A stretch of DNA of 63,992 nt, filler included. It is 5 parts of 5 records of this genome, joined end to end, with 100 filler letters (N's around TTAATTAATTAA, not from the genome) between each part and the next. Parts side by side here need not be neighbours in the genome. Positions count along the whole stretch, not along the records: positions 20,822 to 50,232 come from DRR723986_8695; 4 more parts are not named here. One strand, written 5' to 3'. Of the stretch, positions 22,621 through 32,400 are shown in pieces. The translations under genes were made by a program, and so were the position numbers. Each line of letters opens with the position of its first letter. Positions within the stretch are counted from its first letter, which is position 1. The notes below the pieces were generated by a model, which searched no databases, was not told the DNA's origin, and was given only the letters and a program-made list of their open reading frames with translations.

Positions 22621-23547
22621 ATGACCACCAAAACGAAACTGCACCCACGCAATCAACACTCAGAAGGCTACGATTTCGTACGTTTAGTGGTGCAGACACC
22701 AGAGCTCGAGACCTTTACCATCCGTAATCCGGTTGGTCAGACGACGATTGATTTTCAAGACGTGAGCGCCGTTCGTATGCTCAATCGGGCATTGCTAAAG
22801 ACGCATTACAAAGTAGATTTTTGGGATATTCCCGACGGTTATTTATGCCCACCAATTCCAGGTCGCGTCGACTACATCCACTATCTCGCGGACTTGCTTG
22901 CAGACAGCAACAACCAGGAAATCCCGCGTGGGCGTCATATCAAGGCGTTGGACATCGGAACCGGTGCCAGTTTGGTGTACCCCTTGACGGGCCAGAGCGA
23001 ATACGGCTGGCACTTTACTGGCGTCGATATCGATGCAGGCGCGATCAAATCGGCACGGCAAATTTGTGAATTCAACAAGCTAGCGATTACCCTTAGGCGA
23101 CAAAGCAAACGTGAGAACATCTTTCGCGGTGTGATCCAGCCCAACGACGCTTTTCACGTAACCATGTGCAACCCACCTTTTCACTCGTCCATGGAGAACG
23201 CGAATAAGGGTACTCAACGTAAGTGGGCGAACCTTGGAAAAGGGCATTCAAGAAAGCTCAACTTTGGCGGTCAGAACGCTGAACTTTGGTGTCCGGGCGG
23301 AGAGATAAAGTTTATCGCCCGGATGGTTGAACAAAGCATGGAGTTCGCCGACCAGTGCCTTTGGTTTACCTCTTTGGTGTCGAAAAAAGACAACCTTCAA
23401 CCCCTCTCTCGAATCCTAAGGAAAGCAAAGGTTGTTGATTATAAAGTCGTCGAAATGGCACAGGGGCAGAAAACAAGTCGTTTTATTGCGTGGACTTACA
23501 TGAAGAAGAACCAACGTTCCTTATTTGCGAAGAGCGCTCGGGCATAG
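22621..23547 (+). CDS. rlmF: 23S rRNA (adenine1618-N6)-methyltransferase RlmF
   Basis: LHPRNQH, YLCPPIPGRVDYIHY, LDIGTGA, MCNPPFH, NFGGQNAELWCPGGE, MAQGQK. Confidence 0.93.
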   Translation: MTTKTKLHPRNQHSEGYDFVRLVVQTPELETFTIRNPVGQTTIDFQDVSAVRMLNRALLKTHYKVDFWDIPDGYLCPPIPGRVDYIHYLADLLADSNNQEIPRGRHIKALDIGTGASLVYPLTGQSEYGWHFTGVDIDAGAIKSARQICEFNKLAITLRRQSKRENIFRGVIQPNDAFHVTMCNPPFHSSMENANKGTQRKWANLGKGHSRKLNFGGQNAELWCPGGEIKFIARMVEQSMEFADQCLWFTSLVSKKDNLQPLSRILRKAKVVDYKVVEMAQGQKTSRFIAWTYMKKNQRSLFAKSARA

Positions 23548-23644
23548 AAGCTTTTTGTCGAAGCCCTATATGCAGCAAAAACCTGTTTCGATGAAGCTGC
23601 ATCCCGGACTGTGAATGTCCGGTTGGCTGTGCGCGACCAACGTC

Positions 23645-24592
23645 TCAGATCGGTGGGGCTGCGCGCTCGGTGATCAGTTTTTTGGACGTGACCCTTTCAC
23701 GGTGTATCATATACAGCCCTGCGCCAATAATGATGGCAATGCCAATCAGGCTTAGAGTGTTTGGAAAGTCGCGGAAAACCAGATACCCGAATAAAGTCGC
23801 CACCGGTAATTCAAGATACTGCAATGGGGCCAGCGTGGCCGAGGGTGCCAACGACAGAGCATAGGTCATCATCATATGGCTTAGCGTGGCGAAAAAACCA
23901 ACTCCAAGGAGCCACAGCCACACAATGCCTACGGGCCAAACGGGATCAAGTAGCTCAGATCCGGAGCCCTGAGCCAGTATCATCACTGGCACACAAAACA
24001 GGCTGGCGATCAGGCCCGTGTAGAACTGCAAAGTCACCGGATGAACCCGGCGCGACAGCCCACGTGTCACAAGAATATAGAATGCAAAGGCCACTGCCGT
24101 CCCAAGCGGAAACAACGCGACCGCGCCAAATGCGACAAAGCTAGGCTGAATCACAAACAAAACACCTATAAAACCCACTATCGCCGCCCCCACGCGGCGC
24201 GTGCCGACATCTTCGCCCAGATGGAACTTGCCCACCAGCAGCACGATGAACGGAGCCACAAATACAATTGCCAGCGCATCTGCAAGCGGCATCACGCGGA
24301 TTGCAGCGATGAAACAAAACGTCGCGACCAACAAAAGCAGGGCACGAAATATCAGCGCCAGCCACTGCCCGCGCGCCACGCGCAATGACAACCCCATAAC
24401 CCAGATAAACGGCGCCATCAGAACGCACTGCACAACAAAGCGTGCGGCGGTGATCTGTCCGACTGGAACGCTATCCGAGGCGAGTTTAGCCGCTACATCA
24501 AGCAAGGGAGCGGTCAAGCAAAACCCCAGCATCAGTGCGACACCGGTGAGAATGCGGTCCGAAGACGATGTGGAAGAAGCCATGTTATTCAT
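23645..24592 (-). CDS. DMT/EamA family transporter
   Basis: About 10 hydrophobic segments, two EamA repeats (PLADALAI.F.AP, LAPLQYLEL). Confidence 0.9.
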   Translation of the reverse strand: MNNMASSTSSSDRILTGVALMLGFCLTAPLLDVAAKLASDSVPVGQITAARFVVQCVLMAPFIWVMGLSLRVARGQWLALIFRALLLLVATFCFIAAIRVMPLADALAIVFVAPFIVLLVGKFHLGEDVGTRRVGAAIVGFIGVLFVIQPSFVAFGAVALFPLGTAVAFAFYILVTRGLSRRVHPVTLQFYTGLIASLFCVPVMILAQGSGSELLDPVWPVGIVWLWLLGVGFFATLSHMMMTYALSLAPSATLAPLQYLELPVATLFGYLVFRDFPNTLSLIGIAIIIGAGLYMIHRERVTSKKLITERAAPPI

Positions 24593-25047
24593 CGGACCAC
24601 AGAAGTATATCTTCGATCAGGCGTCCACCCTTATGTAACGTGGATCGAAGATATGAGTACCGTGATCGCGCCCAACAGACTGCCGAATGCACGCAGGTCG
24701 GCCGTTATTCCGCAAGTCTGCTTCATCGCCTGATCCCTAGAAAGCGAATTTCGGTTGCCACGCAGGCATGGCCTGCTCTCACAAAGTGCGCTGGCAGAAC
24801 AGGGTCTAGCCCGAATTTGCGTCTAAGGGTTTGCGCCCAGCTCCTCTTTAACAAACCAAAGGTGGAGACTGTCTTGTTCGATAAAACCCAATCTCTGAGG
24901 GGCAAACCTTCATGTCGAGCTACAGGCGTGGTCTGACGGTGGTAAGCGGCCGTATACTGCAGGCACACGCCGCCAATGAAGGACGTGTTCTTACGTTGGT
25001 GCTAGGCTAACGGCCTGGAATCGTGCGTCTCGATCGCACAGGCAAAC

Positions 25048-25470
25048 CTATACGATATCGCGCAATAATTGGATCAATTGATCTGTTTCGGTTTTTCCAA
25101 GTCGATCAAGTATTGCTGCGTCCTGATCCTCGATCTCTTGCCGGATCTGCATCATGCGTTTTCGGCCAAGAGCGGTTGGCAATACATTGATCTGACGGTG
25201 ATCGTTTTGCGCGACCTGCCGGTGTACCAACCCGTCAGAAACCATGCGGTCCACCAACTTTGTCAGCGTCGGAGGATTCATCAGAACGATCTCGGCCAGC
25301 TCGCCCATAGTCAGGCGGTTTCCCATGTCCAACGTTTCCAGAATGCGCCAGGCTTCGACCTGTATGCCGTGTTTGCGCAGGCGCGCGTTTAGCGATGTTG
25401 TTACCTTTCGATGAGCTGCAGCCAGCGCGTAGGAAAGGTAGTTCTGGATTGGGCTACTGCTGTTTTCCAT
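25048..25470 (-). CDS. MarR family transcriptional regulator
   Basis: WRILETL..LTMGELA..PTLTKLVDRM..GLV.R..DHR; ATG at 25470 after GGTGAG. Confidence 0.9.
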   Translation of the reverse strand: MENSSSPIQNYLSYALAAAHRKVTTSLNARLRKHGIQVEAWRILETLDMGNRLTMGELAEIVLMNPPTLTKLVDRMVSDGLVHRQVAQNDHRQINVLPTALGRKRMMQIRQEIEDQDAAILDRLGKTETDQLIQLLRDIV

Positions 25471-25571
25471 GTGTCTCACCAAAGTCTGATGGGGAGAATT
25501 TAGTTGACTTGGAAATTAAATTCAAATGGAATGTGTCAATTCCCGTTCCATGTGGAAAGGGCGTGACCGCC

Positions 25572-26693
25572 ATGACACCGCTTTCAATTGTTCCAAGAAT
25601 TCCAACAGAGTTGGAGGAACTGCAGGAATACTCCTTGTCACGCAGCAAGGGAACCTATCGGGTTGCGCTGCTCATACCGTTGTGCGGCTCAGCTGGGCTG
25701 TGGGCGCCGTCTTGCATCTCCAGTGCGCAAGTCGCCGTGGAAGAGCTGAATAAAAGTGGCGGTATCGACGGGCGCAAGGTTCAACTCATCATGATTGACG
25801 CCGCTTTGGAAGCCAGCATTTCAATCGAAGAGACGGTCAATGATCTCATTGCGACCGGATCCATCGACGCGATTGTCGGCATGCATATTAGCGCGATCCG
25901 TCAGCGTTTAAGCAAAGTCGTCAGACAGCGGATACCCTATGTCTATACCCCTCTCTATGAGGGTGGAGAAAGTACCGCAGGCTTGTTCGCCATAGGTGAA
26001 ACCCCGCAAGAGCAGCTGGGGCCATCCATGGAATTGATCCAAAAACAATATCGACCCGACAGTTGGGCCTTGATTGGCAACGACTATGTCTGGCCCCGCA
26101 CGTCTCATCTTTTTGCAAAATCAAAGCTGCGTGAAATGTCAGTTGGCCTGACATATGAAAAGTACTTGCCGTTTGGGTCACACAACATCGCCCGATATGT
26201 GGAAGAAATCGGAGCCTCGGGCGCAGAGGCTGTTTTGATTTCTCTTGTCGGGCAGGATGCGGTGGCATTCAACCGGGCCTTTGGCAATGCAGGTCTGCAC
26301 AATCGTATTGTGCGGTTGTCCTGTGCCGTCGAAGAAAATGGCCTGTTGGCTGGCGGGTCACGCAACAGCAAACGACTTTTTGTAGCGTCTTCGTATTTCG
26401 CCGCCCTTCCTACCGAAGCGAACGCTGCTTTCAAAGAGCTGTACTATGGGCTGCACGGAGATCAGGCTCCGGCTCTGAATGCGCTTGGGCAATCGACATA
26501 CGAAGGGGTTCATTTTCTGGCCGGATTGATGCAGGGGAACGCCAATGTCTGGCGCGAACATTGCGTTTCAGTCGCACTTCCTGTGATTCATCGCAGTGGT
26601 CGAAAGGGGTTGTCTTCGAACACGAGTGAGCGTGCGCCGATCTATCTCGCCCGTGCTGACGGGTTACGATTTGAGGTAATAAAGGAAATATAA
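25572..26693 (+). CDS. AmiC-like cytoplasmic amide-sensing protein (type 1 periplasmic-binding fold, no signal peptide)
   Basis: LAV/VAVEELN..GGIDGR, GMHISA.R, YVYTPLYEGGE, IGNDYVWPR; no hydrophobic leader. Confidence 0.75.
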   Translation: MTPLSIVPRIPTELEELQEYSLSRSKGTYRVALLIPLCGSAGLWAPSCISSAQVAVEELNKSGGIDGRKVQLIMIDAALEASISIEETVNDLIATGSIDAIVGMHISAIRQRLSKVVRQRIPYVYTPLYEGGESTAGLFAIGETPQEQLGPSMELIQKQYRPDSWALIGNDYVWPRTSHLFAKSKLREMSVGLTYEKYLPFGSHNIARYVEEIGASGAEAVLISLVGQDAVAFNRAFGNAGLHNRIVRLSCAVEENGLLAGGSRNSKRLFVASSYFAALPTEANAAFKELYYGLHGDQAPALNALGQSTYEGVHFLAGLMQGNANVWREHCVSVALPVIHRSGRKGLSSNTSERAPIYLARADGLRFEVIKEI

Positions 26694-26827
26694 CAGTAGG
26701 TTATACGTTATTATTTTCCTTTTCAACTTTTTACTTGAATTGGAAAATAAAATCTTCCACGCTTTACGGCAATGATCTGCCCCGCTTTTGGGATGCGGAA
26801 TAAAACGTAAAGTCGGGGAGAACTGCC

Positions 26828-28423
26828 TTGCTCTGGATTATTTTGTTGGTGCTTGCCGCACTGCTTGTCCTTGTCGGGATTTGGTTCCTTCACCGCTTCT
26901 ATGCCAAGGCGACACTGGACACCGCGCTGGTACGAACCGGTTTTGGGGGTCGACGTGTCGTGACCGATGGCGGCTGTGTTGCATTGCCCATCCTGCACCA
27001 AATGCAAAAAGTTTCGATGGGGGCGCTGAATTTTTCGACCAAACGTGAAGGGCGCGACGCTGTCCTGACACGCGACCAAATGCGTGCCGATATCACATTC
27101 GAATTTGAATTGAGGGTCTCACCAACCGAAGTTGGGATTGCGACAGCTGCTCAGGCTCTGGGGCAGCGGATTGCACGGGGCGGCGATACGATCCATGAGG
27201 TTCTGTCCGGTGCTCTGGTCAATGCCATCCAGAATTCTGCGGCATCGCGCACTCTGGAAGAAATTCACCTGGATCGCAGCGGGTTCGCACAAGATGTGGC
27301 CAAAGCCATAGACGAGCAAGCCGAGCGTCTTGGCCTGAAACTTGTGTCAGCTTCGTTAATTTCGGTGGATCAAAGCGACCAGACCCAGTTAAACGAAAAC
27401 AATGCCTTCAATGCTCAGGGTATGCGACGTCTGGCCGAATTGGTGGCAGACCAACGCAAAGCACGGGTTCGTGTTGAGACAGAGGCGGAAACTGCGGTAC
27501 GCGAAAGCCGCCTGGCGCAGCACCAGCGGCAGTTGGAGCTTCAACGCGAAGAACGCGAGGCCGAAATCGCCCAGAATGAGCACCTCAACAAGCTAGAGGT
27601 GGATGCGAAATCCCGGGAAAACCAAGCCCGTGATCTGGCAACACTGGCAAGCGAGACTGCACGGATCGAGAATGATCGCCGTACCAAGGCCACGCAGATT
27701 GAGCAGGACGAAACCCTCAGAAAATCTGAGATGGCGGCCATACTTTCTCTCGAAGAAACCAAGATCAGCAACGACATCCAACTTGCCAGAAAAAGAGCCG
27801 AAGAAGCCGAGGCCAAGGCAGCAGAAGAACAAGCCCGGGCCATGGTGATCCTGGCGGCTGAACATGTACAGGCTCAGAAAGAGCGCGCCATAGCCGAGCG
27901 GGAACGTGATATCGCCCGCATCAGACAGGAAAAAGAGCTGGAGCTGGAGGACGCACGGGTCAAGCGCGACGTTGACACGATGCTGACCAGAGCACGGGCA
28001 GATGCGACCGCCGCGGTGCAGGCTGCCGACGCGAACAAAGCCCGGATGGAAGCCGAAGCCGCCGGAAACGTGGCGCTGAACTCGGCAGAAAACACACTGA
28101 GCGAAGCCGTCATTCGTATGCGTCTTGAAGAACGCAAGCTGGACCGTCTGCCCGAAATCATGACGCAGATGATGAAGCCGGTGGAAAAAATCGACTCGAT
28201 AAAGATCAACCAGATTTCCGGTGCGGGCACCGGTGTTGGTGGCAACGGCACCGCTGAGGGCGTGGATGGCGCATTTGGAGCCGCCATGGATCAGATCCTT
28301 GGCATGGCGGTTCGTCTGCCCGCGATGAAGCAAATGGGCGAAGAAATCGGGTTGGACTTTGATGCCAACCTGGCCGGACGGACCGCCGATTACGCCAATC
28401 GTATCAAACCCAAGAAAGAATGA
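26828..28423 (+). CDS. Flotillin/SPFH (band 7, YqiK-type) protein
   Basis: N-terminal TM, ALVRTGFGG..V..GG..LP SPFH start, long EA-rich coiled coil, C-terminal LPEI..MKPVEKIDSIKI flotillin motif; GGGGAG RBS then TTG. Confidence 0.88.
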   Translation: MLWIILLVLAALLVLVGIWFLHRFYAKATLDTALVRTGFGGRRVVTDGGCVALPILHQMQKVSMGALNFSTKREGRDAVLTRDQMRADITFEFELRVSPTEVGIATAAQALGQRIARGGDTIHEVLSGALVNAIQNSAASRTLEEIHLDRSGFAQDVAKAIDEQAERLGLKLVSASLISVDQSDQTQLNENNAFNAQGMRRLAELVADQRKARVRVETEAETAVRESRLAQHQRQLELQREEREAEIAQNEHLNKLEVDAKSRENQARDLATLASETARIENDRRTKATQIEQDETLRKSEMAAILSLEETKISNDIQLARKRAEEAEAKAAEEQARAMVILAAEHVQAQKERAIAERERDIARIRQEKELELEDARVKRDVDTMLTRARADATAAVQAADANKARMEAEAAGNVALNSAENTLSEAVIRMRLEERKLDRLPEIMTQMMKPVEKIDSIKINQISGAGTGVGGNGTAEGVDGAFGAAMDQILGMAVRLPAMKQMGEEIGLDFDANLAGRTADYANRIKPKKE

Positions 28424-28472
28424 CGCAAAAACTGCGCGAACAATCCGTAAGACATCAGGGAGGAAACTTAAA

Positions 28473-29693
28473 ATGTCAGTGAACAGACGCACCTTTTTAT
28501 CCGGAACGGCAGCCATCGCGGGGGTTTCAATGTTACCGCGGGCCACATTGGCCGGAGACACGATCAAACTGGGCTCAATTCTCGACACGTCGGGTATCTT
28601 TGATGCTTATGGCAAGCCGATGGATATGGCGATGCGTCTTGCTGTAGATGAAATCAACGCTTCGGGCGGTCTGCTTGGCAAGCAGGTCGAAGTGCTGGCA
28701 TATGACACCCAGTCGGACATGGCGCTCTACTCTCAATACGGTCAGCAATTGACCCGGCAGGATAAAGTGGATGTCGTTCACGGGGGTATTCTATCGGCCT
28801 CGCGTGAGGCGATCCGCCAGACTATGCGCAAGACCAAGACCTTGTATTTCTATAACGTGCTCTACGAAGGTGGTGTCTGTGACCGCAACACTTTTATCAA
28901 CGGGGTCACACCAGCCCAACAGGTCGAGGCACTGGTGCCCTACGCCATGGGAAAATCGGGCAAGAAAGTCTATATTCTTGCGGCTGACTACAACTACGGC
29001 CAAATCACAGCACGCTGGATCCAAAAATTTGTCGCCGACAATGGTGGCGAGACCGTAGGGGTCGACTTCTTCCCGCTGGATGTTAGCGACTTTGGCTCGA
29101 CCATCGCCAAAATCCAGACGGTTGGCCCGGATCTGGTGATCGCGCCGCTTGTCGGCGGGGCGCATTTGTCATTCTTCCGTCAATGGGCAGCGGCCGGCAT
29201 GAAAGATCGCATTCCGCTGGCATCGACCACGATGGGTGTCGGCAACGAGCACAAAGTCCTGACCCCCGAAGAAGGCAATGGCATCATGGTGGCTTACAAC
29301 TACAGTCAGGAACTGGATACGCCTGCCAACACCGCCTTTAAGGAAAAATGGACCGCGGCCTATGGCGGCAGCGATATGATCCACGAAATCGCGGTTTCCA
29401 ATTACCAAGGCTTGCTGACCTGGGCCGAAGCCGTTCGCCAGGCGGGTTCGATTGAGCGTGACGCGGTCATTGCCGCGCTAGAGGGCGGGCTCTCTATCGA
29501 CGGCCCAGCTGGCAAGGTAGCAGTAGATCCCAAGACCCACCATGCCGTGCTTGATGTCCATATCATGGAGATCGAAAATCAGGGCATGCGCGTGATCGAA
29601 ACGCTGCCACAGCGCCAGCCGATTGATACCCAATCAGTTTGCGATCTCTCAGCTAATCCGGACGACAACACCCAGTACGAAATCCAGATCTAA
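28473..29693 (+). CDS. Urea/short-chain amide ABC transporter substrate-binding protein (UrtA/FmdD-like), Tat-exported
   Basis: NRRTFL twin-Arg leader; LAVDEINASGGLLGK, SASREA, YNVLYEGG, AADYNYG. Confidence 0.85.
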   Translation: MSVNRRTFLSGTAAIAGVSMLPRATLAGDTIKLGSILDTSGIFDAYGKPMDMAMRLAVDEINASGGLLGKQVEVLAYDTQSDMALYSQYGQQLTRQDKVDVVHGGILSASREAIRQTMRKTKTLYFYNVLYEGGVCDRNTFINGVTPAQQVEALVPYAMGKSGKKVYILAADYNYGQITARWIQKFVADNGGETVGVDFFPLDVSDFGSTIAKIQTVGPDLVIAPLVGGAHLSFFRQWAAAGMKDRIPLASTTMGVGNEHKVLTPEEGNGIMVAYNYSQELDTPANTAFKEKWTAAYGGSDMIHEIAVSNYQGLLTWAEAVRQAGSIERDAVIAALEGGLSIDGPAGKVAVDPKTHHAVLDVHIMEIENQGMRVIETLPQRQPIDTQSVCDLSANPDDNTQYEIQI

Positions 29694-29786
29694 CCAAACA
29701 ACACGTTCGATGCAGGGCGGCCCTCGCCGCCCTACGCCCCCCTCGCGGGGGAACAATCGAGCTTTGCCCAAGGAAAACTGTAAGCG

Positions 29787-30653
29787 ATGGACCTCTCATT
29801 CGTCATAATGGTGGAAATGCTCTACGCGGTCTCCTCACTGATCCTGATCAGCGCAGGACTTGCCGTCGTGTTCGGCATGATGAAAGTGATCAACCTTGCC
29901 CATGGCGAGTTCATGATGATGGGCGGTTACGCGACTATCACAGCCGTGCAACTGGGCATAAATATCTTTGTCGCAATGTTGGTGATTGCCCCAATCACAG
30001 TTGGGCTGATCGGTCTTATCGTAGAGCGTTTGGTAATCCGGCATCTATACGGCCGGCTGGTCGACACCATGCTGGCCACCTGGGGACTGAGCCTGTTCTT
30101 TATCGGGTTGGCCACAATGATTTTTGGCAACACCACGACGGGTATTTCCACACCGATCCCGGGGTTCACGATCGGTAACTATCAGATCAATGGGTATAAT
30201 TTCTTTATCATCGTGATCTCTATCCTGCTTTTGATGTCGATGCTTGCCGTGCTCAAGGCAACCCGGGCTGGGCTGATTGCAAGAGGCACGATGCAACGAT
30301 CTGACATTGCTGCGGCGCTTGGATATAGCCCAGACCGCATCTATATGGCGACCTTCTTTTGCGGCTCGGCGCTCTCTGGTTTGGCGGGTGCTGTGCTTGC
30401 CCCACTGGTCGGGTTGGTGCCCACCTCAGGCGGCGCCTACATCGCCAAGGCGTTCATTACAGTCATCGCCGGTGGGCCGTCACTCATCGCCGGTCTGTTT
30501 TCAAGCGCCGGGCTGTTTGGATTGGTCAATCAAATTTTCACCTTCTCGATCTCTCCCGTGATGGGAGAAGTTGCGCTTCTGGTCGCAGCAGTCATCTTGC
30601 TCCGCCTGCTGCCGCAAGGCATTACCGGGAAATTCTTCAAAGGAAAATTGTGA
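29787..30653 (+). CDS. Branched-chain/urea-type ABC permease (UrtB/LivH-like)
   Basis: GLAVVFGMMKVINLAHGEFMMMGGY, LATWGLSL, AFITVIAGG. Confidence 0.9.
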   Translation: MDLSFVIMVEMLYAVSSLILISAGLAVVFGMMKVINLAHGEFMMMGGYATITAVQLGINIFVAMLVIAPITVGLIGLIVERLVIRHLYGRLVDTMLATWGLSLFFIGLATMIFGNTTTGISTPIPGFTIGNYQINGYNFFIIVISILLLMSMLAVLKATRAGLIARGTMQRSDIAAALGYSPDRIYMATFFCGSALSGLAGAVLAPLVGLVPTSGGAYIAKAFITVIAGGPSLIAGLFSSAGLFGLVNQIFTFSISPVMGEVALLVAAVILLRLLPQGITGKFFKGKL

Positions 30654-31690
30654 TGCCGGGCAACCTGCAAAGAGATGTCTTTACGACGATCAGCGTCACG
30701 GCCTTGTTGATCTGGGTCATGCCGATGATGATCTCCACTTACACACTGACAGTCCTGATCATATACGGAATGCTTGGCCTGAGCCTTGGCCTGATCTGGG
30801 GGTTCGGCGGTATCTTGTGTTTCGGTCAAGCGGCTTTCTTTGGCTTGGGAGCCTATACATATGCCATAGCCGCAATCAATATCGGCGAAAGCACCGGGCC
30901 GATGATCCTTGCAGTGCTGGTTCCGGCCATTTTTGCAGCGCTTCTTGGGGCGCTGATGTTTTATGGGCGGCTGACGGATGTCTATCTTGGCGTCATCACT
31001 TTGGTCGTGACGCTGATCCTGTTCAAGTTCATAAACTCTACGGCCGGGCCGCAATACGTGATCGGAAAAGCCCGTCTGGGCGGCTTCAACGGCATTCCCG
31101 GTTTTCAAACGTTGAACGTGCCGGGAAATCCTGATGCCTATATCTGGGGGGATGCGTATTTCTATGTCTGCGCTGTGATCCTAGCCATCGTTTTCCTGTT
31201 GGTCTCGGTCCTGCTGCGCTCCAGCTTCGGTCGAATTGCTGTTGGGATCCGCGAAAACGAAACCCGGGTTTCCCTAATGGGTTACGACATTCGCGCCCGT
31301 AAAACGGTCCTGTTCGCTGCCGGAGCAGCCATCGCCGGGCTTGCCGGGGCGCTGTTTGCCAATTGGGGTGAGATCGTCACCCCCACTCTATTTTCGCTAG
31401 GTCAATCGGCCGAGATCATCATTTGGTGCATCGTCGGGGGGCTTGGCACGCGCCTGGGCCCGATCCTCGGCGCTGCTGGACTTGCCTATCTCAAGTTTCT
31501 TTTGGGACAACAAAGCCTTGTCGACAACACACTGATCACCGGTCTCATTCTGGTGTTGTTCGTCCTGTTCCTGCCACGCGGAGTCGTACCTGCCTTGGCC
31601 GGGATCTGGCAGATCAGTTTTGGTCGTCGCCCCCTTGGGCGGATTCATCAGGCTCGACGATTGCGCAACAGGGAGCGGAATAATGGCTGA
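30653..31690 (+). CDS. Branched-chain/urea-type ABC permease (UrtC/LivM-like)
   Basis: LIWGFGGILCFGQAAFFGLGAY, FGR..GIRENETR..GY, IVGGLGT..GPILGA. Confidence 0.9.
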   Translation: MPGNLQRDVFTTISVTALLIWVMPMMISTYTLTVLIIYGMLGLSLGLIWGFGGILCFGQAAFFGLGAYTYAIAAINIGESTGPMILAVLVPAIFAALLGALMFYGRLTDVYLGVITLVVTLILFKFINSTAGPQYVIGKARLGGFNGIPGFQTLNVPGNPDAYIWGDAYFYVCAVILAIVFLLVSVLLRSSFGRIAVGIRENETRVSLMGYDIRARKTVLFAAGAAIAGLAGALFANWGEIVTPTLFSLGQSAEIIIWCIVGGLGTRLGPILGAAGLAYLKFLLGQQSLVDNTLITGLILVLFVLFLPRGVVPALAGIWQISFGRRPLGRIHQARRLRNRERNNG

Positions 31691-32399
31691 AATTGTTCTC
31701 GAAACTCATGGGCTGACCATGCGATTTGGTGGTGTCGTCGCTTCCAACAATGTGGATTTCAAGCTACGCGCGCGCGAATTGCGATGTCTGATCGGCCCAA
31801 ATGGTGCAGGAAAATCGACCTTCTTCAAATGTGTGACTGGCTTACAAACCCCGACAGAAGGTCAGGTATTCATGCGGGGGCAGGAAACGACCCGCTGGAT
31901 GCCTCACGAGATTGCCTCGCTGGGCGTGGGGATCAAAACCCAGACGCCAAATGTCATGGACTCTCTAAGTGTGTTTGAAAACATCTGGCTCGCAGCGCGC
32001 CGGTTTCATCGACCAACAGAGGCGAGCCGCAAAACCCAAGAGGTGATTGAACGGCTGGCTCTGAATTCAATTGCTCGAAATGATCTTGGGCAATTGGCCC
32101 ATGGTGAACGCCAACGTGTCGAGCTGGGTCTGGTCGCGGTGGGCGACCCTTGGCTCGTGCTACTGGATGAACCCGCAGCCGGGATGAGTGCAGAAGACGT
32201 CGACCGCATGACCAGCATCATTCACGAGCTCAACAAAACCGCCGCCATCGTAATCGTAGAACATGACATGCAGTTCATCCGTTCAATCGCCAAAGACGTG
32301 ACAGTTTTCCATCAGGGCGCGGTCTTGATGGAAGACCATGTCGAACAGGTCATGTCGAACCCGACCGTGCGTAATGTATATCTTGGAAAGAAGGCCTGA
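31683..32399 (+). CDS. ABC ATP-binding protein (UrtD/LivG-like)
   Basis: Walker A GPNGAGKST, LAHGERQ signature, LLDEPAAG, VEHDM. Confidence 0.93.
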   Translation: MAEIVLETHGLTMRFGGVVASNNVDFKLRARELRCLIGPNGAGKSTFFKCVTGLQTPTEGQVFMRGQETTRWMPHEIASLGVGIKTQTPNVMDSLSVFENIWLAARRFHRPTEASRKTQEVIERLALNSIARNDLGQLAHGERQRVELGLVAVGDPWLVLLDEPAAGMSAEDVDRMTSIIHELNKTAAIVIVEHDMQFIRSIAKDVTVFHQGAVLMEDHVEQVMSNPTVRNVYLGKKA

Positions 32400-32400
32400 C

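Noticed and set aside
24593-25047. ORFs 24568-24936 and 24723-24968 in the DMT-marR gap
   Set aside because: No recognisable domain or RBS; possibly decayed sequence, but no call can be supported.
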